From assembly GCA_964016885.1 (NCBI GenBank), contig OZ024745.1:86676001-86740000 (forward strand): a stretch of DNA of 64,000 nucleotides, written 5' to 3'. Of this stretch, positions 26,517 through 45,110 are shown piece by piece (position 1 is the first letter of the stretch; each line of letters opens with the position of its first letter). Below the pieces are notes generated by a model. That model was not told the origin of the DNA. It was given only the letters and a program-made list of their open reading frames with translations, and searched no databases. The stretch comes from Eledone cirrhosa. Lineage: Eukaryota. The position numbers and the translations under genes are program-made.

Positions 26517-28124
26517 ATATGGAACTCCTTTAACCATCTTTTGATCTTATATTATGCATACTCCAGTCCCACAAACTGTAGAGTGCTTCTTATCCGATAT
26601 CTGCATTGCTTTATTGTACTACAATAAAACTCACCTCCTACATATATATATATATATATATATATATACGGAGCAGCGTATGACTGTCTGCATGGCAAAG
26701 TCAAATACATCTCTAGGGCAGACAAAAACATCCCTCATTTACAATGTCATTAATCTATCCATGAAGTTATACTTGCATATATAACTCACATACTATTCAT
26801 ACATAATTCATTGCACTCAACATATAAGTTATACAGATCTCTTATGTTAATAAATTAATCTTATATATATCCAATGTTATCACTCCATACATATAAATAC
26901 AATTGCATAAATAATTCATTGTTGAATCTGGTATTTAAAGCTTATATAGACTGTATTGTATCACTATATAATTATAAGTAATTGAAAGTAATTATACTGA
27001 ATGTGAAAATGGTGGTGGATACGAAAACCATAACTTTCTTTTGCTTCTCCTTTTTATTTTTATTTTTCTGCACACATACTTTTTTATTATATACAAAAAA
27101 TACCTTACCACTACAACCACCATAATACTCTCACTTACCCGCTTAAAGTGCTTGTATTACATGTAACACCCTGCCACACAATAATCATATATAAATGAGA
27201 CACACTTGCATGCCCCACGTGTAACTAACGCATACACTAACTACTACATCTGACTAACAAACTATCTTCTTGCATTATCTGTGTTAACTGCCGAATGTAT
27301 TTTAATTTTGTTTTAATTTTGTTTTAATTTTAATTTTGATTTTGATTTTGAATTTGAATTGCTATACAGAAATAATATAGTATAATATATGTCACTACAC
27401 TGTACATCAATATATACATATGTATCTGTATGTCTCTTGCGTTGGAAAGGAGGTCAATTATGTGTACAAACATTGAAAAATGCTCCGAATACTCCAAGCC
27501 TAGGTTTGGATGAAACAATTGTAAGTGAATAAATGCTTTGAACATAGCTTTGATTCTTGTGAATTCTATATAACTGCTCTGTAAAACAACTGATGTTATT
27601 ACATTGAGCTATTTATCTTACTGGTAATAAGGTAGTAATAAATTACTGACCTTCACTGTTTAGGGTTTAAAATATACATAACTATAACAAGTTTTAGTAT
27701 TTACATAACCATAAATAGTATCCTTAATATTCGTACAGAATTAGCCGTCGAAACGGCTTGAGCTCAGCCGTCGGGGTCCTACTCGTTCCTATTACCCACT
27801 CTACTACCCTAAGTATTGAGTACTTTGGTGCGTTATGGTCCATCTGGTTCCTTACCACATTTCCTTCGTTATATATATATATATATATATTTAGTATTAA
27901 GGATTCTATTTATGGTTATGTATATACTAAAACTTTTTATAGTTATATAAATTTTAAACCCTAAACAGTGAAAGACAGTAATTTATTACTACCTTATTAC
28001 CAGTAAGATAAATAGCTCAATGTAATAACATCAGTTGTTCTACAGAGCAGTTATATAGAATTCACGAGAATCAAAGCTATGTTCAAAGCATTTATTCACT
28101 TACAATTGTTTCATCCAAATCTTA

Positions 28125-31091
28125 TATTATTTCTGAATGGCAATTTAAATTCAAAAATTAAAATCATATTAAAACAGAATCAAAGCAAAATTAAAATTAA
28201 AATACAACATCGGCAGTTAACGTAGATAATGCAAGAGGATAGTTTGTTAGTCAGTTGTAGTAGTTATTGCATGCAATAGTTACACGTGGGGCATGCACGT
28301 GTGTCTTATTTATATATGATTATTGTGCGGCAAGGTGTTATATGCAATACAAGCACTTTAAGCGGGTAATCAAGAGTATTATGGAGGTTGTAGTGGTAAG
28401 GTATTTTGTGTGTATGATAAAGAAGCTTGTGTGCAGAGAAATATTATAAATGAGAAGCAAAATAATGTTATGGTTTTTGTATACACCACCATTTTCACAA
28501 TTCAGGAAACGTAATATATAGTTTATATGTCCTTCACATAATTAACGATGATTCAGTATTGGATGTTTGATGTATTAAGTTAAATTATTACCGCTTGTTG
28601 CGGCTCAGTGTTCTTTAATCCAATTTTATAGAGCAGGTTGTTTCTGTTGCGAGAATTTACATCGTTTTATTTTCCGGAAGTATGTGTGTGATTAAGGGGA
28701 GTTAATGCGTGAGGGGAGGTAACTAGCTGATTTCTATAACTTAATTTATTATTCCAACATACATTAAGAGGTGTCTCAATTGAGTCCCTTATATATACGG
28801 TTATATACAGTTTCCAAATTTAAGTATCCTATCTTTAAATTATAGTCTACTCTATCATGAAGTACTAAAGGTATCTATATTAGGATGATTACTCCCTATC
28901 AACCTACTTAAGGCTTTCTTCTCACTCCTGGATAAAAAAAACCCATCAGGCCACAAGTACCATAGCATTTTAAACAAAAACACAATTAAAATCGCCTACT
29001 CTACCACGCCTAACATAGCATACCACATAGCTAGTAGCAATAAAAGAAAAATTAATTCTTACTTCCAACAAACAATATCACAACAGAGGGTAAACCTTCA
29101 AAATAACATTATATCAACTAACACTGATAACAATAGTAATAATAGTAATAGCACTAATGTAAGCAGTAACGCTGAGAGCGACAACCCCCATAACCATAAT
29201 CCAACAGCTACCATCCAGACTTCTACACAACATAATAACCGGCAGGCTAACATCCAAAATAATTGTCACTGTAGATCTAATAGAACCTGCCCTTTAGATA
29301 AAAAATGCTTAATCAAGGATATCATATACTCATGCACCGTCACAACTAGCAACCCTTCTGAAACATATATAGGCTCTACTTCAAACTGCTTCAAAACCAG
29401 ATACAATCCGCACCTCCATTCTTTCAAAAAACACAGTCTAGCCAACTCCACTTCACTATCTAGCTACATACACTATCTAAAAACTAAAAATAGATCTTAT
29501 ACACTTAAATGGGAAGTGATAGGTAAGGCGACATCGTACAAACCACCTAATAAATTTTGTAACCTCTGTCTACTAGAGACCCATACTATTATCTTCTCAA
29601 ACCATAACCTTCTTAATAAAAAATCAGAAGTGTTCGCGTCATGCCAGCACCGCTTCTGAAACTCCTTCCAAAACTTTAAACCCAATATATAGCAATGTCA
29701 GACTTGAACCCATCACCACTTCTAGCAACACACCTCAAGGGCACACCTTACACCACAACTCTAAACTCAATGATCCACCCTATCTTAACACAATTCGTGA
29801 CATCTATGTAAAACCTTTTACCCTAGAAATATCCCCATGTACACCTGCTTTTAGTATAATTACTTTCAATTACTTAGACTGCATTATATCACTATATAAT
29901 TATATGTAAACTTTAAACACCGAATTCAGCAATGAATTATTTGTGCAAATGTTGTTGTATGTATGGAGTGCTATCATTAGATAAATAGAAGATTAATTTA
30001 TTAACATAAAAGAGCTGTATAACCTATATGTTGAGTACAATGAATTATGTACAAGTGGTATGTGAGTTATACATACATGTATAACTTGATAGACAGATTA
30101 ATGACATTGTAAGTGGGAATTGTTTTTTGGTCTACCCTAGAGATATTTAAGTTTGCCATGCAATCAGCCATACGCTGACCCAGAGCTTACCAGGGGTTAC
30201 ATATAGACATGGTTCTAATAAGACCCTGTCAGGTTCTGTGAGTAGACTACATCTACAAAGAACTTTGATATGGAGATCTGACTCTTCGTATGGAATATTC
30301 AGTTGTAGCACTCTATGATAGGGAGTAATCATCCTAATATAGATACCTTTAGTACTTCATGATAGAGTAGACTGTAATTTAAAGATAGGATACTTAAATT
30401 TGGAAACTGTATATAACCGTATATATAAGGGACTCAATTGAGACACCTTTTAATGTATGTTGGAATAATAAATTAAGTTATAGAAATCAGCTAGTTACCT
30501 CCCCTCACGCATTAACTCCCCTTAATCACACACATACTTCCGGAAAATAAAACGATGTAAATTCTCGCAACAGAAACAACCTGCTCTATAAAATTGGATT
30601 AAAGAACACTGAGCCGCAACAAGCGGTAATAATTTAACTTAATACATCAAACATCCAATACTGAATCATCGTTAATTATGTGAAGGACATATAAAATATA
30701 TATTACGTTTCCTGAATTGTGAAAATGGTGGTGTATACAAAAACCATAACATTATTTTGCTTCTCATTTATAATATTTCTCTGCACACAAGCTTCTTTAT
30801 CATACACACAAAATACCTTACCACTACAACCTCCATAATACTCTTGATTACCCGCTTAAAGTGTTTGTATTGCATATAACACCTTGCCGCACAATAATCA
30901 TATATAAATAAGACACACGTGCATGCCCCACGTGTAACTATTGCATGCAATAACTACTACAACTGACTAACAAACTATCCTCTTGCATTATCTACGTTAA
31001 CTGCCGATATTGTATTTTAATTTTAATTTTGCTTTGATTCTGTTTTAATATGATTTTAATTTTTGAATTTAAATTGCCATTCAGAAATAAT
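28125..31091. repeat. Inverted repeat with about 775-bp arms (28125-28900 / 30316-31091) enclosing a PLE 3' fragment
   Basis: Identical 60-aa ORFs at 28267(+) and 30768(-); arm ends match as reverse complements. Confidence 0.88.
28950..29660 (+). pseudogene. PLE C-terminal fragment with GIY-YIG endonuclease
   Basis: Manual translation: TIKIAYSTTPNI..CHCRSNRTCPLDKKCLIKDIIYSCTV..YIGSTSNCFKTRYN..WEVI..CNLCLLE..LNKKSEVFASCQH. Confidence 0.85.
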
Positions 31092-31271
31092 TGTTTCTAC
31101 TTTTGGCACAAGGCCAGCAATTACCCAGTACATTACTGGTACTTTATTTTATCGACCCTATAAGGATGAAAGGCAAAGTTAACCTCGGCGGGATTTGAAC
31201 TCAGAATGGCAAGGGCCGTAACTCTATGCGTCAAAGCATGGCGTCCGACCCTCTACCGATACTGCCAATCG
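31092..31271 (-). mobile_element. tRNA-derived SINE with 19-bp target site duplication
   Basis: A/B boxes (tggcagtatcggt; gagttcaaatcc) on minus strand, central gcctttcatcctt..ggtcgataaaataaagtaccag; attgccattcagaaataat at 31073-31091 and 31272-31290. Confidence 0.85.
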
Positions 31272-31495
31272 ATTGCCATTCAGAAATAATATAATGGATG
31301 TCACCCCACTGTGCATCAATATGTACATATGTATCTGTATGTCTCTTGTGTTGGAAAGGAGGTCATGTATGTAAACAAACATTGAAAAATGCTCCGAATA
31401 CTCCAAACCTCGGTTTGGATGAAACAATTGTAAGCTAATAAATGGTTTGAACAGAACTTTGATTCATGTGAATTCTATATATATATATATATATA

Positions 31496-32114
31496 TGTAG
31501 CGAAATCTGTCCGCGCCTTGAACTTTGGGTGATGCCTAAAGGGTAAATCCTAGGTCAACACTCTCTTTGGTGTAGACAGGTTGATGCGTTGGCTGTCCCC
31601 TCAAGGTGGGGGACAGGAAGTGATGGCTATATATAGAGCCTTTATCAACCCATTCTGAAGAGAGATATCGAAGCGATAGGATATACTTATCACTATGTAA
31701 AGATTCACTGCTATCAACAGACCACCGTGGTCTATCAACAGACCCCATGAGGTCTACAGATACACACACACAGATTGGAACCCTAGTACTACAGACCATT
31801 AAGAAGTATACAAATCATTACTTTTTCTCACTCACTATGGTCTCAACTATTACCACGAACTCCAACAACAACAATTATCTGTCGCTCGCTGTTTGCAAAT
31901 CAACAACAAAAACATTATCAACCTTCTCAACTCTTGGTAACTGTTTTATATGAACGTTTTAATTGATTCACGAGAAGTAAACTATATATAACCAAAACAT
32001 TTATTCTTATATTCTTTATAATTTTGTTATTACATTTAACAAACAATCTTGTTATTATCACATATCTAAATATGTGATAATAATCCAACTTTTCATTTTT
32101 AACCCTTCGTTAAA
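31496..32114 (+). mobile_element. Possible solo LTR inserted in (TA)n
   Basis: Starts tgtagcga, ends tcgttaaa (one mismatch from an inverted TG..CA terminus); internal tatatatag; no coding support. Confidence 0.3.
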
Positions 32115-32983
32115 TATATATATACAAATTTACACCATGATAGCCTAGAGATTGATTCTGACACAGCCTTTCTAATTTGGCCAACATCTTTCTAACTTTG
32201 AGATTTGTTATAACACACACATTTTATTTTATTTGAATCTTCATTTTTTTATTTTTCATTTATTTTCTATTTTCTTCACTTTATTGCCTTCTATTTCTTC
32301 ATATGCATGGCACAACCCCCCCACCACCACCACGAGAAATGGTGGCAGGATGGATGAAAAAACACACACAGATACTTCTTAATGTCAGCAGCAGCAAGAC
32401 CTAGGCTGACCGCAGCACCAACACCACTACCAAAATAAGGGTAGAGGTAAGATGTACTTAACAATAGAAAAAACAAACACTACAGGTCGCCTCACCCCAG
32501 AAAGATTTTCTATAGACTTTTGACTGAGGAATGCTCTCACAACTGACCAATGGGAGGAGTGACTTTACAAATCTTTCTAACTTTGAGATTGGGTATAACA
32601 CACAAGCATTTTGTTTGATTATCTTATTTTATTTTATTCTTTTACCATCTTATTCCTTCTACCACTTTATCATGTTTTTGAGCTGACTCCAACACCAACA
32701 CCAGTACCAACATAAGAGTAGAGGTCAGATGTACTTAACAATAACAAGAACAACAACTACAGATTGCCTCGCCTCAGAACGAATTTCCATAGACTTTTGA
32801 CTGAGGAATGTTCTCACAACTGACCAATGGGAGGAGAAGATGGCTGAAATTCGTTTGTTTAAATTCATATGATTCCAGTTCCTCAGTGAGATAACAACCC
32901 AACCAGGAACTGGGCATATCAGAGTATTGACAAAGTTAAACACCTCAACAACATGTGTACTCATTCCTACCACACTAATTCGG

Positions 32984-33038
32984 ACTGCCTGAAGAGGTCA
33001 CAGCCAAAGATGGCTGTCACCGAAATATATATAGCAGT
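32984..33038 (+). ncRNA. Type I hammerhead motif
   Basis: actgc CTGAAGA ggtcacagcc/ggctgtcacc GAAA tatata TA gcagt, followed by AATAAA. Confidence 0.8.
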
Positions 33039-33313
33039 AATAAACGAAGCCAAATTGTAAATATTTGACTTTTTATTTTAGTTTATTTTACATTACTCCG
33101 GAGTAACCAAACCAACCTGCGCACTTCGCCGAGTGCTCCAATCTGCATACTGAGGTGTTGATATACAACCAGCATATACTCAAAATATATGTATATATAT
33201 ATATATATATATATAGCGGTGGAACACTGGAAGGTAATATCCGTAGTGGTAGAGCACTCTTTCCAAGGGACGAAGTTAGGTAAAAGTGGTTACACAACAG
33301 TTAGTTCACCATA

Positions 33314-33353
33314 CCGAGAACAATTGTTTCACCTTAGCGGATCCTCAGCTCGG
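33314..33353 (-). ncRNA. Minimal hammerhead motif in fold-back insertion 33290-33740
   Basis: Minus strand: ccgag CTGAGGA tccgctaaggt GAAA caattg TT ctcgg; the plus-strand copy near 33676-33711 is degraded. Confidence 0.6.
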
Positions 33354-33781
33354 AATGGGCGTGTTTATAGGAACAGGAAGGACAACCGTACGAACGCGCA
33401 TGAGCAGAAACCCGGTCACTTTACACAGGCAATACTAGACTGCGTGCGAGAGGTGTAAGAGAGATAAGTGCGAAAGTTCGAAAAGTTTTTAGGTTGAAAA
33501 CAAAATTACATTACAACAAAATTAATTCTGTATTCAACCTAAAAACTTTTCGCACTTTCGCAGTTATCTCCCTTACACCTCTCGCACACAGTCTAGTATT
33601 GCCTGTGTGAAGTGACCGGGTTCTGCGCATGCGCGTTCGTACGGTTGTCCTTCCTGTTCCTATAACCATGCCCATTCCAAGCTGAGGATCCGCGTGAAAC
33701 AATTGTTCTCGATATGGTGAACTAACTGTTGTGTAACAACTTCTCTCTCTCTCTCTATATATATATCTATATATCTATATA

Positions 33782-36337
<2,556 letters not shown>

Positions 36338-36440
36338 ATATATATATCTATATATATATCTATATATATCTATATATATATATATATATATATTAGTGAA
36401 AAAGAACAAAGGAACTATTATGACATTATAACAAGTTTAT

Positions 36441-36487
36441 TGCCGACAGCCGTTTCGTCCGACCATATGGTGGGACTTTTCAAGGCA
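36441..36487 (-). ncRNA. Hammerhead motif with U3-A8 core
   Basis: Minus strand: tgcc TTGAAAA gtcc..ggac GAAAC ggct GTC ggca; inverted mutated copy near 36720-36765. Confidence 0.65.
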
Positions 36488-36922
36488 TATAACATGTGAT
36501 TGTAAGATCATTATTTACATCAACGTATCACTCAAGACTAGCAGTTTGAAATTGTGGTATACATCAGCAGCTTCGCTTGTATAGTTGGGGTATATATTCT
36601 AAGGGGGCTCTTTTATATTAGTTGTCGGGGTCAGGGATTGAAGGTCAAGAATTAGATAATATATAATTTACGCATTAAAGGTAAAGAATCAATTAGAAGA
36701 CATGGGATCCCGTAGAAGCACCTTAAAAAGTCCCACCATATGGTCGGACGAAACGGCTGTCGGCAATAAACTTGTTATAATGTCATAATAGTTCCTTTGT
36801 TCTTTTTCACTAATATTTCTGCTCTGCTTACACGCATAGAGCTTAACTAGCTACCGTCACATATTTGGTAGGTCAGACGTGATCATCGCGATTCACATAC
36901 GACCTACCATACATCTTGCTTA

Positions 36923-37007
<85 letters not shown>

Positions 37008-37061
37008 ATATATATATATCTATATATATATACACTCAATATATATATATATATATATATA

Positions 37062-37356
37062 CACTCAATATGCAATATGCAAATTAGGCTGCTCAGCCGT
37101 TAATTTTCATAAGGAAAGTATATACTTTCGAACGTTCAACTATCTGGCAGATGGGTAAACGGTGCTGATGATAGCTAACAAGCTTGAAACTAGTACATCG
37201 TTCCTGTGTCAGTGTTGAACAAAAAGGTGACGTGGTTGCCTTAACACCGTATGGCATAAATTCAGGCTGTTCAGTTTGTTTACAAACGAACAAAGCGACG
37301 TTAGCGCCGCTAAACTGATACGTGCATATATGTATGTGTACCTGTATGCATATGTA

Positions 37357-37404
<48 letters not shown>

Positions 37405-37840
37405 CATGCTACTGTACGTCTGTATACATATATGTATGTACGTATACATGCATACTTACATTTAAGTAAGTGCCATACTAAGAGTGAGAAATGAAATTTC
37501 GTTTTCATTTTGTTTCAATTTATCGTTTTCGGTATGCCTAACCGATTTAACTCACTCAATATGCAAATTAGGCTGCTCAGCCGTTAATTTTCATAAGGAA
37601 AGTATATACTTTCGAACGTTCAACTATCTGGCAGATGGGTAAACGGTGCTGATGATAGCTAACAAGCTTGAAACTAGTACATCGTTCCTGTGTCAGTGTT
37701 GAACAAAAAGGTGACGTGGTTGCCTTAACACCGTATGGCATAAATTCAGGCTGTTCAGTTTGTTTACAAACGAACAAAGCGACGTTAGCGCCGCTAAACT
37801 GATACGTGCATATATGTATGTGTACCTGTATGCATATGTA

Positions 37841-37886
<46 letters not shown>

Positions 37887-38322
37887 CATGCTACTGTACG
37901 TCTGTATACATATATGTATGTACGTATACATGCATACTTACATTTAAGTAAGTGCCATACTAAGAGTGAGAAATGAAATTTCGTTTTCATTTTGTTTCAA
38001 TTTATCGTTTTCGGTATGCCTAACCGATTTAACTCACTCAATATGCAAATTAGGCTGCTCAGCCGTTAATTTTCATAAGGAAAGTATATACTTTCGAACG
38101 TTCAACTATCTGGCAGATGGGTAAACGGTGCTGATGATAGCTAACAAGCTTGAAACTAGTACATCGTTCCTGTGTCAGTGTTGAACAAAAAGGTGACGTG
38201 GTTGCCTTAACACCGTATGGCATAAATTCAGGCTGTTCAGTTTGTTTACAAACGAACAAAGCGACGTTAGCGCCGCTAAACTGATACGTGCATATATGTA
38301 TGTGTACCTGTATGCATATGTA

Positions 38323-38372
<50 letters not shown>

Positions 38373-38808
38373 CATGCTACTGTACGTCTGTATACATATA
38401 TGTATGTACGTATACATGCATACTTACATTTAAGTAAGTGCCATACTAAGAGTGAGAAATGAAATTTCGTTTTCATTTTGTTTCAATTTATCGTTTTCGG
38501 TATGCCTAACCGATTTAACTCACTCAATATGCAAATTAGGCTGCTCAGCCGTTAATTTTCATAAGGAAAGTATATACTTTCGAACGTTCAACTATCTGGC
38601 AGATGGGTAAACGGTGCTGATGATAGCTAACAAGCTTGAAACTAGTACATCGTTCCTGTGTCAGTGTTGAACAAAAAGGTGACGTGGTTGCCTTAACACC
38701 GTATGGCATAAATTCAGGCTGTTCAGTTTGTTTACAAACGAACAAAGCGACGTTAGCGCCGCTAAACTGATACGTGCATATATGTATGTGTACCTGTATG
38801 CATATGTA

Positions 38809-38856
<48 letters not shown>

Positions 38857-39292
38857 CATGCTACTGTACGTCTGTATACATATATGTATGTACGTATACA
38901 TGCATACTTACATTTAAGTAAGTGCCATACTAAGAGTGAGAAATGAAATTTCGTTTTCATTTTGTTTCAATTTATCGTTTTCGGTATGCCTAACCGATTT
39001 AACTCACTCAATATGCAAATTAGGCTGCTCAGCCGTTAATTTTCATAAGGAAAGTATATACTTTCGAACGTTCAACTATCTGGCAGATGGGTAAACGGTG
39101 CTGATGATAGCTAACAAGCTTGAAACTAGTACATCGTTCCTGTGTCAGTGTTGAACAAAAAGGTGACGTGGTTGCCTTAACACCGTATGGCATAAATTCA
39201 GGCTGTTCAGTTTGTTTACAAACGAACAAAGCGACGTTAGCGCCGCTAAACTGATACGTGCATATATGTATGTGTACCTGTATGCATATGTA

Positions 39293-39340
<48 letters not shown>

Positions 39341-39776
39341 CATGCTACTGTACGTCTGTATACATATATGTATGTACGTATACATGCATACTTACATTTA
39401 AGTAAGTGCCATACTAAGAGTGAGAAATGAAATTTCGTTTTCATTTTGTTTCAATTTATCGTTTTCGGTATGCCTAACCGATTTAACTCACTCAATATGC
39501 AAATTAGGCTGCTCAGCCGTTAATTTTCATAAGGAAAGTATATACTTTCGAACGTTCAACTATCTGGCAGATGGGTAAACGGTGCTGATGATAGCTAACA
39601 AGCTTGAAACTAGTACATCGTTCCTGTGTCAGTGTTGAACAAAAAGGTGACGTGGTTGCCTTAACACCGTATGGCATAAATTCAGGCTGTTCAGTTTGTT
39701 TACAAACGAACAAAGCGACGTTAGCGCCGCTAAACTGATACGTGCATATATGTATGTGTACCTGTATGCATATGTA

Positions 39777-39830
<54 letters not shown>

Positions 39831-40187
39831 CATGCTACTGTACGTCTGTATACATATATGTATGTACGTATACATGCATACTTACATTTAAGTAAGTGCC
39901 ATACTAAGAGTGAGAAATGAAATTTCGTTTTCATTTTGTTTCAATTTATCGTTTTCGGTATGCCTAACCGATTTAACTCACTCAATATGCAAATTAGGCT
40001 GCTCAGCCGTTAATTTTCATAAGGAAAGTATATACTTTCGAACGTTCAACTATCTGGCAGATGGGTAAACGGTGCTGATGATAGCTAACAAGCTTGAAAC
40101 TAGTACATCGTTCCTGTGTCAGTGTTGAACAAAAAGGTGACGTGGTTGCCTTAACACCGTATGGCATAAATTCAGGCTGTTCAGTTT

Positions 40188-40190
<3 letters not shown>
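37062..40190 (+). repeat. Tandem array, about 6.4 copies of a 482-490-bp unit, one hammerhead per unit (retrozyme-like)
   Basis: CTGATGA cores at 37165, 37649, 38131, 38617, 39101, 39585, 40075; units appear to differ only in internal (TA)n length. Confidence 0.92.
37160..37200 (+). ncRNA. Type I minimal hammerhead (first of 7 in array)
   Basis: cggtg CTGATGA tagctaacaagctt GAAAC ta GTA catcg; stem I extended by gttcaac/gttgaac and ctggca/tgtcag. Confidence 0.75.
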
Positions 40191-40221
<31 letters not shown>

Positions 40222-40354
40222 ATATATATATCTATATATATATATCTATATATCTATATATATATCTCTATATATATATATCTATATATATATCTATCTA
40301 TCTATATATAACTATATATATTGGAAAATGTGTGTAATCCTTGGTACAGTTAGG

Positions 40355-42774
<2,420 letters not shown>

Positions 42775-42778
<4 letters not shown>

Positions 42779-43282
42779 AAAGTTATATTTAAATTGTTGG
42801 GTTAACAACGAGTAAATATTTATAACTGATATAAAAGCACTCAACAAGTATTTGGAGTATATTTATGATATCAAATAAATGGAAACTATATTTATAAAAC
42901 CATATTTATTTCGTTATATATATTTCAGGGATATCATATTAACAATATGTTATGCCTTCTTCAGACAAAATACAATATAAACAGTCTTATAAATAAATAG
43001 ATACGACATACCTTTCAATCACCTTGCATTTGGGAGGTTGATTTGGCAGTAAAAAATATTGTGGACAGTTGTAAAAAGAAAGAGAGAAAGAAAGAAAGAA
43101 AGAAAGAGAAACGAAGAAAAAGAAGAAATGCATGTGACTAAATAGAGAGATATAGAAAGATAGATAAAGAGAAGAACTTCATGTAAAGAAACAGAGAGAA
43201 ATATATATAGAGAGAGGAAAAAAAGAAAGAGATAGATAGAGATAGATAGAGAAACTAGGAAGTTGAGTATCGGTTGATACAT

Positions 43283-43313
<31 letters not shown>

Positions 43314-44030
43314 GCTCTAGTATTAATGTAAAGAGAGATGTATGTAGTTAAGAGAGAAAATAGCCGTTATATAGAGAGAAAAAAGAGAAAATGAAAAAGA
43401 GAAAATGAAAAATAACCAGACATAAACGAGGCAGAATTTAAAAACGCTATGTATCATCCTGTAGAAAATATTGGTTCGTATAAAACAGGCATTATAATGT
43501 AAATATCAGTATTCATGAATGAGACATGTATCTATAATGTGTGAAAAGTAATGATCTTATGTCTAGTTTTTAAAAATTCATATGTTTATATCATAATTAT
43601 AAACAAACTCCCAATTCACACGAAAACATTCTCATTGTGCTATAAAAATTCAAGTATATATATATGTGTGTATATATACACATATATATATAGTCTATAT
43701 TAATTCTCTCTGTTTCTTTACATGAAGTTCTTCTCTTTATCTATCTTTCTATATCTCTCTATTTAGTCACATGCATTTCTTCTTTTTCTTCGTTTCTCTT
43801 TCTTTCTTTCTTTCTCTCTTTCTTTTTACAACTGTCCACAATATTTTTTACTGCCAAATCAACCTCCCAAACGCAAGGTGATTGAAAGGTATGTCGTATC
43901 TATTTATTTATAAGACTGTTTATATTGTATTTTGTCTGAAGAAGGCATAACATATTGTTAATATGATATCCCTGAAATATATATAACGAAATAAATATGG
44001 TTTTATAAATATAGTTTCCATTTATTTAAT

Positions 44031-44035
<5 letters not shown>
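42775..44035. mobile_element. Fold-back PLE pseudo-LTR-type insertion with hammerheads at 43928-43993(+) and about 42905-42972(-)
   Basis: About 42865-43200 inverted relative to 43705-44035; tattttgt CTGAAGA..GAAA tatata TA acgaaata. Confidence 0.72.
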
Positions 44036-44103
<68 letters not shown>

Positions 44104-44166
44104 ATATATCTATATATCTATATATATCTATATATCTATCTATCTATATATATATATATATATATA

Positions 44167-45034
44167 TGATTATTTACTAGATTTCTATAAGAATATAACA
44201 TCATTAATCTCAGCAGACGGGCGGGGTAGTTGGCCTTGATAAGCTTCAACAAAAGCGAAACATGTCATGTCGGCTTATCTCCTCCTGTTTGCTGAGATCG
44301 AAGTGAGTGAATTTGTCACTACTTTAAAACAATAGCTTACGGTCTTCAAAATGCTTTTAATTAAGCATAAAGTGTATTGCAAAATACATTATATTTACAT
44401 CCATATATATATTGCTATTTCAGAGCTACAATTCTAATTTTTAATTTCTGCCTGACCAACAACCGCTCTGCATAATCAGCTCCTGATTATTTACTAGATT
44501 TCTATAAGAATATAACATCATTAATCTCAGCAGACGGGCGGGGTAGTTGGCCTTGATAAGCTTCAACAAAAGCGAAACATGTCATGTCGGCTTATCTCCT
44601 CCTGTTTGCTGAGATCGAAGTGAGTGAATTTGTCACTACTTTAAAACAATAGCTTACGGTCTTCAAAATGCTTTTAATTAAGCATAAAGTGTATTGCAAA
44701 ATACATTATATTTACATCCATATATATATTGCTATTTCAGAGCTACAATTCTAATTTTTAATTTCTGCCTGACCAACAACCGCTCTGCATAATCAGCTCC
44801 TGATTATTTACTAGATTTCTATAAGAATATAACATCATTAATCTCAGCAGACGGGCGGGGTAGTTGGCCTTGATAAGCTTCAACAAAAGCGAAACATGTC
44901 ATGTCGGCTTATCTCCTCCTGTTTGCTGAGATCGAAGTGAGTGAATTTGTCACTACTTTAAAACAATAGCTTACGGTCTTCAAAATGCTTTTAATTAAGC
45001 ATAAAGTGTATTGCAAAATACATTATATTTACAT

Positions 45035-45040
<6 letters not shown>
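44167..45040 (+). repeat. Tandem array, about 2.75 copies of a 317-bp unit, each with a U3-A8 hammerhead
   Basis: Unit starts at 44167, 44484, 44801; ggcc TTGATAA gctt/aagc GAAAC atgtcat GTC ggct at 44232-44275 and +317, +634. Confidence 0.88.

Positions 45041-45110
<70 letters not shown>

Noticed and set aside
37062-40190. CRISPR array or tandem gene cluster
   Set aside because: Whole units are repeated, with no unique spacers and no cas genes; repeated ORFs change frame with (TA)n length
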